From contig PMLC01000163.1 of NCBI GenBank assembly GCA_003158745.1, positions 24,080 through 88,079 of the forward strand: a stretch of DNA of 64,000 nt, read 5' to 3'. How positions within the stretch are numbered: position 1 is the first letter of the stretch; the number at the start of each line of letters is the position of its first letter. Of the stretch, positions 16,517 through 26,446 are shown in pieces. A model generated the notes under the pieces. That model was not told the origin of the DNA and did not search any database. It saw only the letters and a list, made by a program, of their open reading frames with translations. This DNA is from Acidobacteriota bacterium (GTDB taxonomy: Bacteria; Acidobacteriota; Thermoanaerobaculia; Thermoanaerobaculales; Thermoanaerobaculaceae). Made by a program: the position numbers and the translations under genes.

Positions 16517-17265
16517 ACACCCGAGGATCGGCGCGCCTGATCGAGATTCGGGACCTCGTCAAGGTCTACGAGATGGGGGACGTCCAGGTGCGGGCGCTGG
16601 ACGGAGTGTCGTTCAACGTCGAGAAGGGCGAGTTCGTGGCAATCATGGGGCCGTCTGGCTCCGGAAAATCGACACTTATGAACCTGATCGGCTGCCTCGA
16701 CACGCCGACGTCCGGAACCTACTGCCTGAACGACAATGAGGTGTCGCGCCTCGACGACGATGAACTTGCCCGCATCCGCAACCGTGAGATCGGATTCGTG
16801 TTCCAGACGTTCAATCTCCTCTCGCGCACTTCCGCCCTCGAGAACGTCGAGGTCCCTCTCGTCTACGCCGGCGTCGCGCGCGTTGAGCGACGGAGGCGCG
16901 CGGAGGAGGTGCTGGCGATGGTCGGCCTGGGCGACCGCATGCACCACCAACCGAACGAACTCTCTGGTGGGCAGCGCCAGAGAGTTGCCGTCGCCCGGGC
17001 TTTGGTCAACGGGCCCTCCCTGCTGCTCGCAGACGAACCGACGGGAAACCTGGACTCGCGCACCGGCGAGGAGATCATGACGCTCTTCGACGACCTGAAC
17101 TCCCGGGGCAACACGATCGTTCTGGTGACGCACGAGGAGGACATCGCGCGTCACGCGCGGCGCGTCGTCAAGCTGCGCGACGGGAAGGTCGTCGAGGAGC
17201 ATCGGCGCGAGGCCGCCGCACCGGCCCCAGATCCGTCGGCAGCCCCCTCAGGACAAGCTCTGTAA
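16513..17265 (+). CDS. MacB/LolD/FtsE-type ABC ATP-binding protein (ATPase only)
   Basis: [36 protein letters not shown]. 250 aa with no TM region. The start overlaps the tolC stop (GTGA). Confidence 0.85.
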   Translation: MNTRGSARLIEIRDLVKVYEMGDVQVRALDGVSFNVEKGEFVAIMGPSGSGKSTLMNLIGCLDTPTSGTYCLNDNEVSRLDDDELARIRNREIGFVFQTFNLLSRTSALENVEVPLVYAGVARVERRRRAEEVLAMVGLGDRMHHQPNELSGGQRQRVAVARALVNGPSLLLADEPTGNLDSRTGEEIMTLFDDLNSRGNTIVLVTHEEDIARHARRVVKLRDGKVVEEHRREAAAPAPDPSAAPSGQAL

Positions 17266-17301
17266 TTCGGAGCGTCGCACCGGCTATGGCAGACTACGAA
17301 G

Positions 17302-18765
17302 GTGATGGCCGAGAGAAGATCTTCCGTCCTGGTCGTGGGGAGCGGTCTGGCCGGGCTTACCTGTGCTGCAGATCTCGCCGCCTCCGGCAGGGAGACTCTG
17401 GTAGTGTCCGCGGGTCGCGCAGGTCGGGATGGCGCCACGCACCGCGTGCACGCTCTCGCACCCTGGATTCTGCTTACCGCGCCCTGGGTGCGGAGCGATA
17501 GCCCGGCGCGGTTTCTGCGCGATCTCAAGCGACTTGGGCTCGGGCTCGAGCGGAGCGGTCTGGCGGAAGTCCTGGCGGACTCTGCTCATGCGGCGGCGCT
17601 ACGGCTCATCGAGGAGCTCGATCTCGTGCCGATGGATGCGAAGCCGGTGACGTTGGCCGGCGACGAGCTGCCGCGGGGTTTGCGGTGTCTCCCACGGAAC
17701 CGCCACATCATGCTTGCACCGGCGCTCGCTCGCTGCGCCGCAGCGGGCGTTCGGGTGCGCGATCGTACGCTCGTGTTTGGCCTCCTCATCTGTGAAGGCC
17801 GGGCAGCCGGCGCCGTCGTCGTGGATCGCGACACGGGCGGCGTGTCGAGCGTCGAGGCGGACGCCGTCGTCCTGGCCTGCGGCGGGGGCGGCGCCGTCTT
17901 CCCGGTGACTACGTCCCCGCGTTGGTGCCGTGGGACCGGCCTCGCACTCGCGAGTGCGGCCGGGGTTCTGCTCCACCGGCCGGAGCTGGCGCAAGTCCTT
18001 CCGGTCACCGCGATTCCACCGCTGTTCTTTCCAAGCTCTGCCACGCTCGTTCGCGATCGCATCGAGATCGGCAGCCGTGTCCTTCCGCCGGACCGCGACG
18101 TCGAGGCGACAACCATCGCGATAGCAGAGGCTGCTTCCCTCGGTCAGCCAACGCTTCTCGAGCTTACCGCCGAGGCAGCAGCCATTCTCCCTGAACGCGT
18201 CAGGGCCAGCCCTGCCTTCAGTCAGGGTGGGCGGCGCGTCCCGCTAACCGTCGCTCTGCATCACGGCATCGGTGGTGTGGCCATCGATGCCTGGGGGAGA
18301 ACGTCATTGCCGGGCTTGTATGCGTGCGGCGAGGCCGCTGGAGGTGTCCAGGGCCGGCGGCGCACGATGGGCACGGGTCTTCTTGAAGCGTCGATCTTCG
18401 GCAAACGTGCGGCACAGGCGATCATCCACGACCAGAAGGAGCGCGGCTCTCATGCAGAGGGCGCCCGAATGGCGGCCGTTCCCGGCCTCCCGGTCGAGCC
18501 GACAGCAATCGAGCGCCGCCTCGACGAGCTTCTTGGACCGTTGGTGGTGTTGCGACCCCGCGAGGCCGTGGATGGCGCGGTGCAGGAGCTCATGGCCTGG
18601 CCTCTGGACGGCTTCGAGCCGTCGCGGGCGAACGAGGCCACCGCGTTGGCCGCGATACGGCGCCAGGCAGCACTTGAAATGTTGGGAGGGTTTCGGGAAG
18701 ATCGTTTTGCCGCAGAGCCCGGCGCACCCCCGGCTGGGAGCGGGGAGGGTCGATGGAGCACGTGA
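17302..18765 (+). CDS. FAD-binding oxidoreductase, divergent L-aspartate oxidase/succinate dehydrogenase flavoprotein family
   Basis: N-terminal VLVVGSGLAGL dinucleotide fold. AVVLACGGGG. C-terminal LPGLYACGEAAGG...GTGLLEASIFG. Several NadB-typical stretches are not conserved. Confidence 0.6.
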   Translation: MMAERRSSVLVVGSGLAGLTCAADLAASGRETLVVSAGRAGRDGATHRVHALAPWILLTAPWVRSDSPARFLRDLKRLGLGLERSGLAEVLADSAHAAALRLIEELDLVPMDAKPVTLAGDELPRGLRCLPRNRHIMLAPALARCAAAGVRVRDRTLVFGLLICEGRAAGAVVVDRDTGGVSSVEADAVVLACGGGGAVFPVTTSPRWCRGTGLALASAAGVLLHRPELAQVLPVTAIPPLFFPSSATLVRDRIEIGSRVLPPDRDVEATTIAIAEAASLGQPTLLELTAEAAAILPERVRASPAFSQGGRRVPLTVALHHGIGGVAIDAWGRTSLPGLYACGEAAGGVQGRRRTMGTGLLEASIFGKRAAQAIIHDQKERGSHAEGARMAAVPGLPVEPTAIERRLDELLGPLVVLRPREAVDGAVQELMAWPLDGFEPSRANEATALAAIRRQAALEMLGGFREDRFAAEPGAPPAGSGEGRWST

Positions 18766-18998
18766 GCGTGGAGCTGACCCCTGAGGAATGGGAACTGATC
18801 TCTGGCCTGAGGGACATTCCGCCTAGCCCCTTGCGCGACGTTATGAACGAGATGATGACCGCGCTTGTGGACTACGTCCGCGAGCCGAAGTGCGCGGAGA
18901 TGCAGGCCGACGGTGTGCCGTGCTCGAGTCCGACGGCCGACTGTGAACAGTGCCTGAAGGTCCAAACTCTCCTGACGACGCTGCGGCACGGGCTCTAA
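18753..18998 (+). CDS. Small acidic Cys4 protein, 81 aa
   Basis: GGAGG sits 4 nt before ATG 18753, inside the 3' end of the flavoprotein gene (13-nt overlap). Cys pattern C-x10-C-x6-C-x2-C. No family recognised. Confidence 0.5.
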   Translation: MEHVSVELTPEEWELISGLRDIPPSPLRDVMNEMMTALVDYVREPKCAEMQADGVPCSSPTADCEQCLKVQTLLTTLRHGL

Positions 18999-19095
18999 CG
19001 GCCCCAACGAGTCAGATCCAGTACACCCGACGTAAAGAAGAACCTCGACCGCGGCCCTTGCGGGACCGCCGCCAAGCAGGGTATGACATCGCTCA

Positions 19096-20619
19096 TCACG
19101 ACAGATCGAACTTGACTCCCTGGGCAAGCGGGAGGTCCGGGGACCAGTTGATCGTGCAAGTCTGGCGGCGCATGTAGGCCTTCCATGCGTCCGAGCCGGC
19201 TTCACGCCCGCCGCCGGTTTCCTTTTCCCCGCCGAACGCGCCGCCGATCTCCGCGCCGGACGTGCCGATATTCACGTTGGCGATTCCGCAGTCGGAACCC
19301 TCGTGTGAGAGGAACCGCTCGGCCGAGAGAAGGTTGGTGGTGAAGATTGCGGACGAAAGGCCTTGCGGCACGGCGTTGTGGATCGCCAGGGCTTCGTCGA
19401 GCGTCTCGATTTCGTAAACGTACAGGATTGGGGCGAACGTCTCGTCCTCGGCGATGGCAAGCCCCTGGTGGGCCTTGACGACCGTTGGTTCGACGAAGTT
19501 GCCCGGGCCGGAGATCCTCTTGCCACCCGTGAGGATCTCGCCGCCCTGCTCCCGGACTTTCTCGAGCGCGGCCATCATATCCTGCACCGCACCTTCGTTG
19601 ACCAGAGGGCCCATTAACGTGCTCGGCTGGAGCGGGTCGCCGATCGGCACCGACTTGTACCCCTTGACGAGGCGCCCGACCAGCTTCTCGTACGCGCCTT
19701 TCTGAACGATCAGGCGGCGCAACGTCGTGCACCGCTGGCCAGCTGTTCCCACCGCGGCGAAGAGGATCCCTCGCAGCGCGAGGTCGAGGTTGGCGTCGTC
19801 CATAACGACAATGCCGTTGTTGCCACCAAGCTCGAGGATCGAATGCCCGAACCGGCCGGCGACGGCTTCCGAGACCTTCCGCCCCTGCACACACGACCCG
19901 GTGAAGGAGATCAGCGGTACCCGCTTGTCATCCACGAGGCGCTGCCCGACCTCACGGCCGCTGCCGATCACTAGGTTGAACACGCCGTCGCACCCGAACT
20001 TCGCCATGACACGATTGCAGATGTGCTGGACGGCAAGCGCGGTAAGAGGCGTCTCGGAGGACGGCTTCCAGATCACGGTGTCGCCGCAGACGGCCGCGAG
20101 CGCCGCGTTCCACGCCCAAACGGCCACGGGGAAGTTGAAGGCAGTGATGACCCCGACCGGTCCGATTGGGTGCCATTGCTCATACATCCGATGGCGAGGC
20201 CGTTCGGAAGCGATCGTCAACCCGTAGAGCTGCCGGGACAGCCCGACCGCGAAGTCGCACATGTCGATCATCTCCTGGACCTCCCCGAGGCCCTCCGAGA
20301 GGATCTTGCCCATCTCGAGCGACACCAGCCGGCCGAGAGCTTCCTTGTTGGCGCGCAGCTCGTTTCCGAACTCGCGGACCATCTCGCCACGCTTCGGCGC
20401 CGGCACCATGCGCCACGTCATGAAGGCCTGTTGGGCGGTGGCGGCGACTCGCTCATAGGCGGCGGCATCGGCCTGACGGACCCTCGCAATGACCTCGCCG
20501 TTCGCCGGGTTGAGCGAGGAGAGCTCGGGACCGTGTGTCCCGGTGAGCCAGCCTCGGGCATAGCCGCCCGGGTTGACTGCGTCGAGGTTCAGGGCGCTCA
20601 AGATCTCTTTCTTCTCCAT
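19096..20619 (-). CDS. Aldehyde dehydrogenase, ALDH7/alpha-aminoadipic semialdehyde dehydrogenase-like
   Basis: EMGKILSEGLGEVQEMIDMCDFAVGLSRQLYG and ITAFNFPVAVWAWN closely resemble ALDH7-type sequences. GGAGG RBS. Confidence 0.85.
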   Translation of the reverse strand: MEKKEILSALNLDAVNPGGYARGWLTGTHGPELSSLNPANGEVIARVRQADAAAYERVAATAQQAFMTWRMVPAPKRGEMVREFGNELRANKEALGRLVSLEMGKILSEGLGEVQEMIDMCDFAVGLSRQLYGLTIASERPRHRMYEQWHPIGPVGVITAFNFPVAVWAWNAALAAVCGDTVIWKPSSETPLTALAVQHICNRVMAKFGCDGVFNLVIGSGREVGQRLVDDKRVPLISFTGSCVQGRKVSEAVAGRFGHSILELGGNNGIVVMDDANLDLALRGILFAAVGTAGQRCTTLRRLIVQKGAYEKLVGRLVKGYKSVPIGDPLQPSTLMGPLVNEGAVQDMMAALEKVREQGGEILTGGKRISGPGNFVEPTVVKAHQGLAIAEDETFAPILYVYEIETLDEALAIHNAVPQGLSSAIFTTNLLSAERFLSHEGSDCGIANVNIGTSGAEIGGAFGGEKETGGGREAGSDAWKAYMRRQTCTINWSPDLPLAQGVKFDLS

Positions 20620-20661
20620 GCAAGTCCTCCGTGGTTGTTCGGTCTTTCACAAGAACGCAGT

Positions 20662-21198
20662 CTAGTGCTTCCCAGTGCCTGGGGGAAGGGGATTGGCATG
20701 CGAATGGGTCGCCACGTCGTCGGCGAGGACGTCGATGTCGCCGGGCCGAAGACAAAGCGCGGCCTGCATGGCGGCGGACTCCTCGCGCGAGAGGGACGCG
20801 AAGGTGCCGGTGGCCGACGCGACGAGGTTGCCTTCGGGCGTGAGCACCTCGCCTTCGGCGCGCACATACGGTCCCCACGAGTTTACGGCCCAGGCTGCGA
20901 TCTGGAGCGTCTCGCCGAGGCGGGCAGGGGACTTGAACCGCACCTGGATCTCCCCGGTCACGCAGAAGGCCTTCTTCTCGACGGCGCATGCCCAGGCGAG
21001 ACACTCGTCGAGGATGGCCGATAGAAGACCGCCGTGGACCATTCCGGCGTAGCCGGTATGCTCCGGCCCCGGCCGGAACCGGCCACTGGCCCTTCGTCGC
21101 TCCGAATCCCACGCCCATCGGACCTGGAGCGAGCCAGGGTTGACCGTCCGTTCTCCGCACACCGGACACGCCGGATAAAAGGGAAAAGAACGCAGCAT
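20662..21198 (-). CDS. PaaI-family hotdog thioesterase with N-terminal CxxC element
   Basis: ACPVCG near the N-terminus. GMVHGGLLSAILDE hotdog motif. TAGCAT ends 6 nt upstream of the ATG. Confidence 0.75.
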   Translation of the reverse strand: MLRSFPFYPACPVCGERTVNPGSLQVRWAWDSERRRASGRFRPGPEHTGYAGMVHGGLLSAILDECLAWACAVEKKAFCVTGEIQVRFKSPARLGETLQIAAWAVNSWGPYVRAEGEVLTPEGNLVASATGTFASLSREESAAMQAALCLRPGDIDVLADDVATHSHANPLPPGTGKH

Positions 21199-21400
21199 CC
21201 GCGAATGCTACCAAAGGCGGTGGGTCCGTCGCTTCGGTGGCGCCGGTGGCGAGGGCGAGTTGGATTTTCTACGGCGCGCCTCCCGGACTCGCGGATCGGA
21301 CAAGGATCTTGCAGAATCAGAGCTTATTAGTTGCATCTGAAGTAGTTGGTAACGTTCCTCTGACACATGGGGGACATTAGAGCGGGTAGAATGCCGAACT

Positions 21401-24400
21401 ATGCCGGAGCCGTTCGTCCACCTCCATCTCCACTCGCACTACTCGCTCCTCGATTCCGCGATCAAGCTCGACGAGTTAATGCACCAGGTCGCGCAGATCG
21501 GCATGCACGCGGTCGCCCTGACGGACCATGGCAACCTCTTTGGTGCCTACGAATTTTACAGCGCAGCCAGGAAAGCGGGAATCACGCCGGTGCTGGGGTG
21601 CGAGGTGTACGTGGCCCCCGGCTGCAGGAAGGAGCGTTCCGGGAGCCCGTTCGGCTCGAAGAGACCTTACCATCACCTCGTTCTCCTGGCCGAGAACCAG
21701 CACGGTTGGAATAACCTGATGCAGCTCGTCACGACGGCCTACATGGACGGTTTCTACCATCGGCCGCGCATCGACAAAGAACTCCTGGCAACGCATTCAA
21801 AGGGTCTGATCGGGCTCTCCGCCTGCCTTTCGGGCGAAGTCTCGGCGAAAATCCTCGCTGGAGATGAGAAGGGTGCGGCCCACGCCGCGCACGAGTACAG
21901 AGAGATCCTCGGCAAGGATGGGTTCTTCCTCGAGATCCAGGAGCACGGCGTGGCGGACGAGAGGGTGGTCCGCGAGGGAATGCTGAGGATCTCGGAGACC
22001 ACGGACATCCCTGTCGTCGCTACCAACGACTGCCACTTTCATCGGCGCGAGGACGTCGAAGCACACCGTGTCCTGATCGGGATCGGCCAGAACAAGACGC
22101 TGGCCGAGCTGAGCCGCGACTACGCATACAACGATGAATTCTACGTGAAATCACCGGACGAGATGTCGCGCCTGTTCGGCGATCGCCCCGAATCGCTCGG
22201 TCTCACGCAGGAGATCGCCGCCCGGTGCCACGTGACCTTCCCGGAGGGCGAGTTCTATCTCCCCAGGTATCCGGTTCCCGGAGGGAAGCTCCCGGAGGAC
22301 TTCCTGGAGGCGCTCGCTCGGCAGGGCCTTGAGCGTCGGCTGGCCGACGAGCGGGCCCGACGCACCACGGCCGCGGAGTACCACGCCCGCCTGGACGCAG
22401 AGCTCGGGATCATCCACTCTATGGGGTTCGAGGGCTACTTTCTGGTGGTCTGGGATTTCATCCGCCACGCGCGGGAGCACGGCATCCCGGTCGGGCCGGG
22501 GAGGGGCAGCGCTGCGGGCTCGCTGGTGGCGTACGCGCTCCGAATCACCGACATCGATCCTCTCGAGTATGACCTGCTGTTCGAGCGTTTCCTCAACCCC
22601 GATCGGGTCTCCATGCCCGACATCGACATCGACTTCTGCCAGCGGCGCCGCAACGAGGTGATAGAGCACGTCCGAGCCGTGTACGGGAACGAAAACGTAT
22701 CGCAGATCGCCACGTTCAACATCCTCCAAGCACGGTCGTGCATCCGGGACGTGGGCCGTGTAATGGGGATGTCGTTCGCCGAGACCGACCGTATCGCAAA
22801 GCTGGTGCCCGAGGGGATCGGCGTGACGCTCGAGGGTGCCCTGCGCGACTCACCACGCCTTGCCGAAGCGGCGGCGGGGGAGTCGGACGTCGCCCGCCTC
22901 ATCGAGATCGGACGCCGCCTCGAGGGACTGGCGCGCCACTGCGGCGTGCATGCCGCGGGGGTGGTGATCGCCCCTCGTCCGGTTCGCGAGATTGTGCCGC
23001 TCTATCGAACTTCTAAGGACGAAGTCGTCACGCAGTTCGACAAGGACGTCATCGAGAAGCTCGGCCTCCTCAAGATGGACTTCCTCGGCCTCAAAACGCT
23101 TACTGTGATCGACGATTGCCTCAAGAGCATGGCGGCAGCGGGGGAACCTCTACCGGACTTCGAGCGCATGAGCTTCGACGACCCCGATGTGTACGACCTG
23201 TTTTGCGCCGGAGACACGGACGGCATCTTCCAGTTCGAGTCCTCGGGGATGCGCGACCTGCTCCGCACCGTGCAGCCGCGCAGGTTCGATGAGATCGCTG
23301 CGCTTAACGCCCTCTTCCGGCCCGGACCGATGCAGTGGACCGCCGAGTACGCGGATCGCAAGCACGGCCGCCAGCCCATCACCTACATCTTTCCCGAGCT
23401 CGAGGAGATCCTGGCCGAAACCTACGGGGTCATCGTCTACCAGGAACAGGTGATGCGGATCGCGGTGAAGATCGCAGGGTTCTCGATGGCCCGCGGCGAC
23501 ACGCTGCGCAAGGCGATGGGGAAGAAGATCAAAGAGCTCATCGACGAACAGGGGGAGCACTTCATCGCCGGCGGCGTCGCGAAAGGACACCCGAAGGACA
23601 AGGTCGCCGCGCTCTGGCGCCAGATCGTCCCCTTCGCGCAGTACGGCTTCAACAAGTCGCACTCGGTGGCGTACGCGTACGTCGCATACCAGACGGCTTT
23701 CCTCAAGGCTCATCATCCCCTCCACTTCTGGGCGGCGATGCTGTCGAGCGAGGTGGCCAACACAGAAAAGCTGGCGACCTACGTAGCGCTGCTCACCTCC
23801 ACTGGGTTCAAGATCCTGGGCCCCGACATCAACGCTTCGGGACTCGCGTTCACGGTCGAGGGAGACGCCATCCGCGTCGGCCTCGGCGCGGTGAAGGGAG
23901 TCGGCGAGACGGCCAGCCAGGCGATCGTCGACGCACGGTCCAGGGCGGGAAGCTTCAAGAGCGCCGCTCAACTCATGAGAACGGCGGGGGACCGTACAAT
24001 CAACCGGAAGGTCGTCGAGTGCCTGGTGCGAGCCGGAGCGTTCGACTCGGTACATACCGATCGTGCAGCCCTGCTCGCCGGACTTGACAGGCTGCTGGAC
24101 CAGGCGTCCCGCCAGCGTCAAGCTCTCGAGGTGGGACAAGGGTTTCTCTTTGCCCTGGATGGAGATGAGGCTGAGTTACCACCGGCGGAAGGCGCGCGGG
24201 CCAGCACGGAGGATACCCTGAGGGGCGAGAGGGAGACCCTCGGCTTCTACCTCTCCGGGCATCCCCTTGATAGGTGGGCTCGCGTGCTCAAGGACCTACG
24301 TGCGACGGCGGTGGGGGAGTTGTCGGCGCTGGCAGCCGGAGGGGCGGAACGCGCCGTGGTGGGCGGGCTAATCTCCGGCCTCAAGGTTCGTCCGATCAAA

Positions 24401-24862
24401 GAGGGACGCAACCAGGGTCGACGGATGGCCTCGTTCTCTTTCGAGGATCAGACCGGAGCCGTTCGCGTCGTAGCGTTCACCGATGCTTTCGATCGCTGCG
24501 AGCGAACACTGGCAGAAGGGGCGTGCGTGCTCGTGACGGCCTCGCTCAGGGCAAGCGACGCTGAACACGTCGAGCTGGGGCTCGAAGAGGCGACCCCGTT
24601 GGAAGGCATCGAGGCGCGCAAGGCCGCTGCGCTGCGCGTCGAGCTGGATCTTGAGCACTTCGGCGACAGCGGCGCTGTCGAGCGGCTGCACGAGCTGGTC
24701 CTTCGCCACGAGGGGCGAATGCAGCTTCGCATGCGTCTTGTGGGTTCGCACTGGAGCGCGGAGTTCGTGCCGAGCAGAGTTCTTGGGGTCAACCCCAACA
24801 CGTTGATTCCCGCTCTCGCGACGATCCTGGGCCCAGGCAAGGCCGAGTACGTATTCGACTGA
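21401..24862 (+). CDS. dnaE: DNA polymerase III alpha subunit
   Basis: 1153 aa. PHP-domain start FVHLHLHSHYSLLDS. Conserved polymerase core. TAGAAT ends 8 nt upstream of the ATG and there is no SD. Confidence 0.95.
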   Translation: MPEPFVHLHLHSHYSLLDSAIKLDELMHQVAQIGMHAVALTDHGNLFGAYEFYSAARKAGITPVLGCEVYVAPGCRKERSGSPFGSKRPYHHLVLLAENQHGWNNLMQLVTTAYMDGFYHRPRIDKELLATHSKGLIGLSACLSGEVSAKILAGDEKGAAHAAHEYREILGKDGFFLEIQEHGVADERVVREGMLRISETTDIPVVATNDCHFHRREDVEAHRVLIGIGQNKTLAELSRDYAYNDEFYVKSPDEMSRLFGDRPESLGLTQEIAARCHVTFPEGEFYLPRYPVPGGKLPEDFLEALARQGLERRLADERARRTTAAEYHARLDAELGIIHSMGFEGYFLVVWDFIRHAREHGIPVGPGRGSAAGSLVAYALRITDIDPLEYDLLFERFLNPDRVSMPDIDIDFCQRRRNEVIEHVRAVYGNENVSQIATFNILQARSCIRDVGRVMGMSFAETDRIAKLVPEGIGVTLEGALRDSPRLAEAAAGESDVARLIEIGRRLEGLARHCGVHAAGVVIAPRPVREIVPLYRTSKDEVVTQFDKDVIEKLGLLKMDFLGLKTLTVIDDCLKSMAAAGEPLPDFERMSFDDPDVYDLFCAGDTDGIFQFESSGMRDLLRTVQPRRFDEIAALNALFRPGPMQWTAEYADRKHGRQPITYIFPELEEILAETYGVIVYQEQVMRIAVKIAGFSMARGDTLRKAMGKKIKELIDEQGEHFIAGGVAKGHPKDKVAALWRQIVPFAQYGFNKSHSVAYAYVAYQTAFLKAHHPLHFWAAMLSSEVANTEKLATYVALLTSTGFKILGPDINASGLAFTVEGDAIRVGLGAVKGVGETASQAIVDARSRAGSFKSAAQLMRTAGDRTINRKVVECLVRAGAFDSVHTDRAALLAGLDRLLDQASRQRQALEVGQGFLFALDGDEAELPPAEGARASTEDTLRGERETLGFYLSGHPLDRWARVLKDLRATAVGELSALAAGGAERAVVGGLISGLKVRPIKEGRNQGRRMASFSFEDQTGAVRVVAFTDAFDRCERTLAEGACVLVTASLRASDAEHVELGLEEATPLEGIEARKAAALRVELDLEHFGDSGAVERLHELVLRHEGRMQLRMRLVGSHWSAEFVPSRVLGVNPNTLIPALATILGPGKAEYVFD

Positions 24863-24990
24863 AACCGTGGGAAGGTAGGCCGCCATCTGGCCGTACGGCC
24901 AGGCCGGGCCGGAAGGTCTTGCGCGGTGCGCAGGTATCGCGTAGGCTGAATACTTCTCGCGGCAATCCCGCGAGGTCTCGGAGGCAAATC

Positions 24991-26202
24991 ATGGCTACAA
25001 CCACAGCAGCGAGCGCCGATCTCATTCGGCTCGAGGAGACGTACGGCGCCCACAACTACCACCCGCTGGACGTGGTGATAGAGAGAGCGCGGGGCGTGTG
25101 GGTGTGGGACGTCGAAGGGAACAAGTACCTCGACTTCTTGGCGGCTTACTCCGCGGTGAACCAAGGGCACTGCCATCCGAAGATCATCGCCGCCCTCAAG
25201 GCACAGGCTGACCGCGTTACGCTGACCTCTCGGGCTTTCCGCAACGACCAACTCGGTCCGCTCTGTGCCGAGCTCTGCAACCTCACCGGATACAAGCGCT
25301 TCCTCCCCATGAACAGTGGCGCCGAGGCCGTCGAAACCGCCATCAAGGCAGCTCGCAAGTGGGCCCACACTGTGAAAGGTATGCCCGAGGATCGTGGCGA
25401 GATCCTAGTCTTCGAGGGCAACTTCCACGGGCGAACGACCACGATTGTCGGGTTCTCGTCCGACGAACAATATCGCAAGGGTTTCGGGCCCTTCACCCCG
25501 GGTTTCAGACTCCTGCCGTACGGTGACTTCCAGGCCGTTGAGAAAACTGTCACCCCGGAGACGATCGCCATCCTCATCGAGCCGATCCAGGGCGAGGGCG
25601 GTATCGTGAGTCCTCCGGTGGGGTTCCTACGCAGGTTGCGCGAGCTCGCTACCGCGAACCGAGTCCTCCTAGCCGTGGATGAGATCCAGTCTGGACTCGG
25701 TCGAACAGGGAAACTGTTCTGCTTCGAGCACGAAGGTGTTCGCCCGGATATCGTGATCATCGGGAAGGCCCTGGGTGGGGGTTGCATGCCGATCTCCGGG
25801 ATACTGGCCGACGATGAGGTGATGGGCGTTTTCCATCCCGGCGACCACGGGTCCACCTTCGGCGGCAACCCGCTCGCGTGTGCGGTGGCGCGTGCGGCGA
25901 TCAAGGTGCTTCTCGAGGAGGGCCTCGTGGAGAACTCGGCGCGGCTCGGCGAGTATTTCATCGGTAAACTCAAGGCACTTAAGTCCAAGTACATCAAAGA
26001 AGTACGAGGTAAGGGTCTATGGATCGGTGTCGAACTCACGGCCGACGCAGGAGGCGCACGGCGTTTCTGCGAGGCATTCCAGCAGCAGGGCCTCCTCTGC
26101 AAGGAGACCCACGTCAACATTATCCGTTTCGCCCCCCCGCTGGTGATCACACGTGAAGAAATCGACTGGGCGATGGAGCGGATAGCGCGGGTTCTGGCCT
26201 GA
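24991..26202 (+). CDS. rocD: Ornithine aminotransferase (class III)
   Basis: ORF 24919 trimmed to ATG 24991 (GGAGG 6 nt upstream). YGAHNYHPLDVV, NQGHCHPKI, DEIQSGLGRTGK. Confidence 0.85.
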   Translation: MATTTAASADLIRLEETYGAHNYHPLDVVIERARGVWVWDVEGNKYLDFLAAYSAVNQGHCHPKIIAALKAQADRVTLTSRAFRNDQLGPLCAELCNLTGYKRFLPMNSGAEAVETAIKAARKWAHTVKGMPEDRGEILVFEGNFHGRTTTIVGFSSDEQYRKGFGPFTPGFRLLPYGDFQAVEKTVTPETIAILIEPIQGEGGIVSPPVGFLRRLRELATANRVLLAVDEIQSGLGRTGKLFCFEHEGVRPDIVIIGKALGGGCMPISGILADDEVMGVFHPGDHGSTFGGNPLACAVARAAIKVLLEEGLVENSARLGEYFIGKLKALKSKYIKEVRGKGLWIGVELTADAGGARRFCEAFQQQGLLCKETHVNIIRFAPPLVITREEIDWAMERIARVLA

Positions 26203-26446
26203 GAGACCGGGCCGCGGGGACAGGGTTCTGGCTCCGCGGGAGAGAAGCAGCAGGCTGTGGACGCTGGGAATGGGTTTGCGTCGGCGTGCCGACACTTCGG
26301 CTCTCGCCATCATCAAAGGGACAGCGATCACCGGCTTCTTAGCTCGAGCCGCGACTGCATCACGCCCCGTCCGCAGGACCGAGCAGAGCCTTGCGTGGCT
26401 GTTTCCTTGCGCGGCGCCCTGAGACCGGTTGCCCGGGCCCCGTCTC

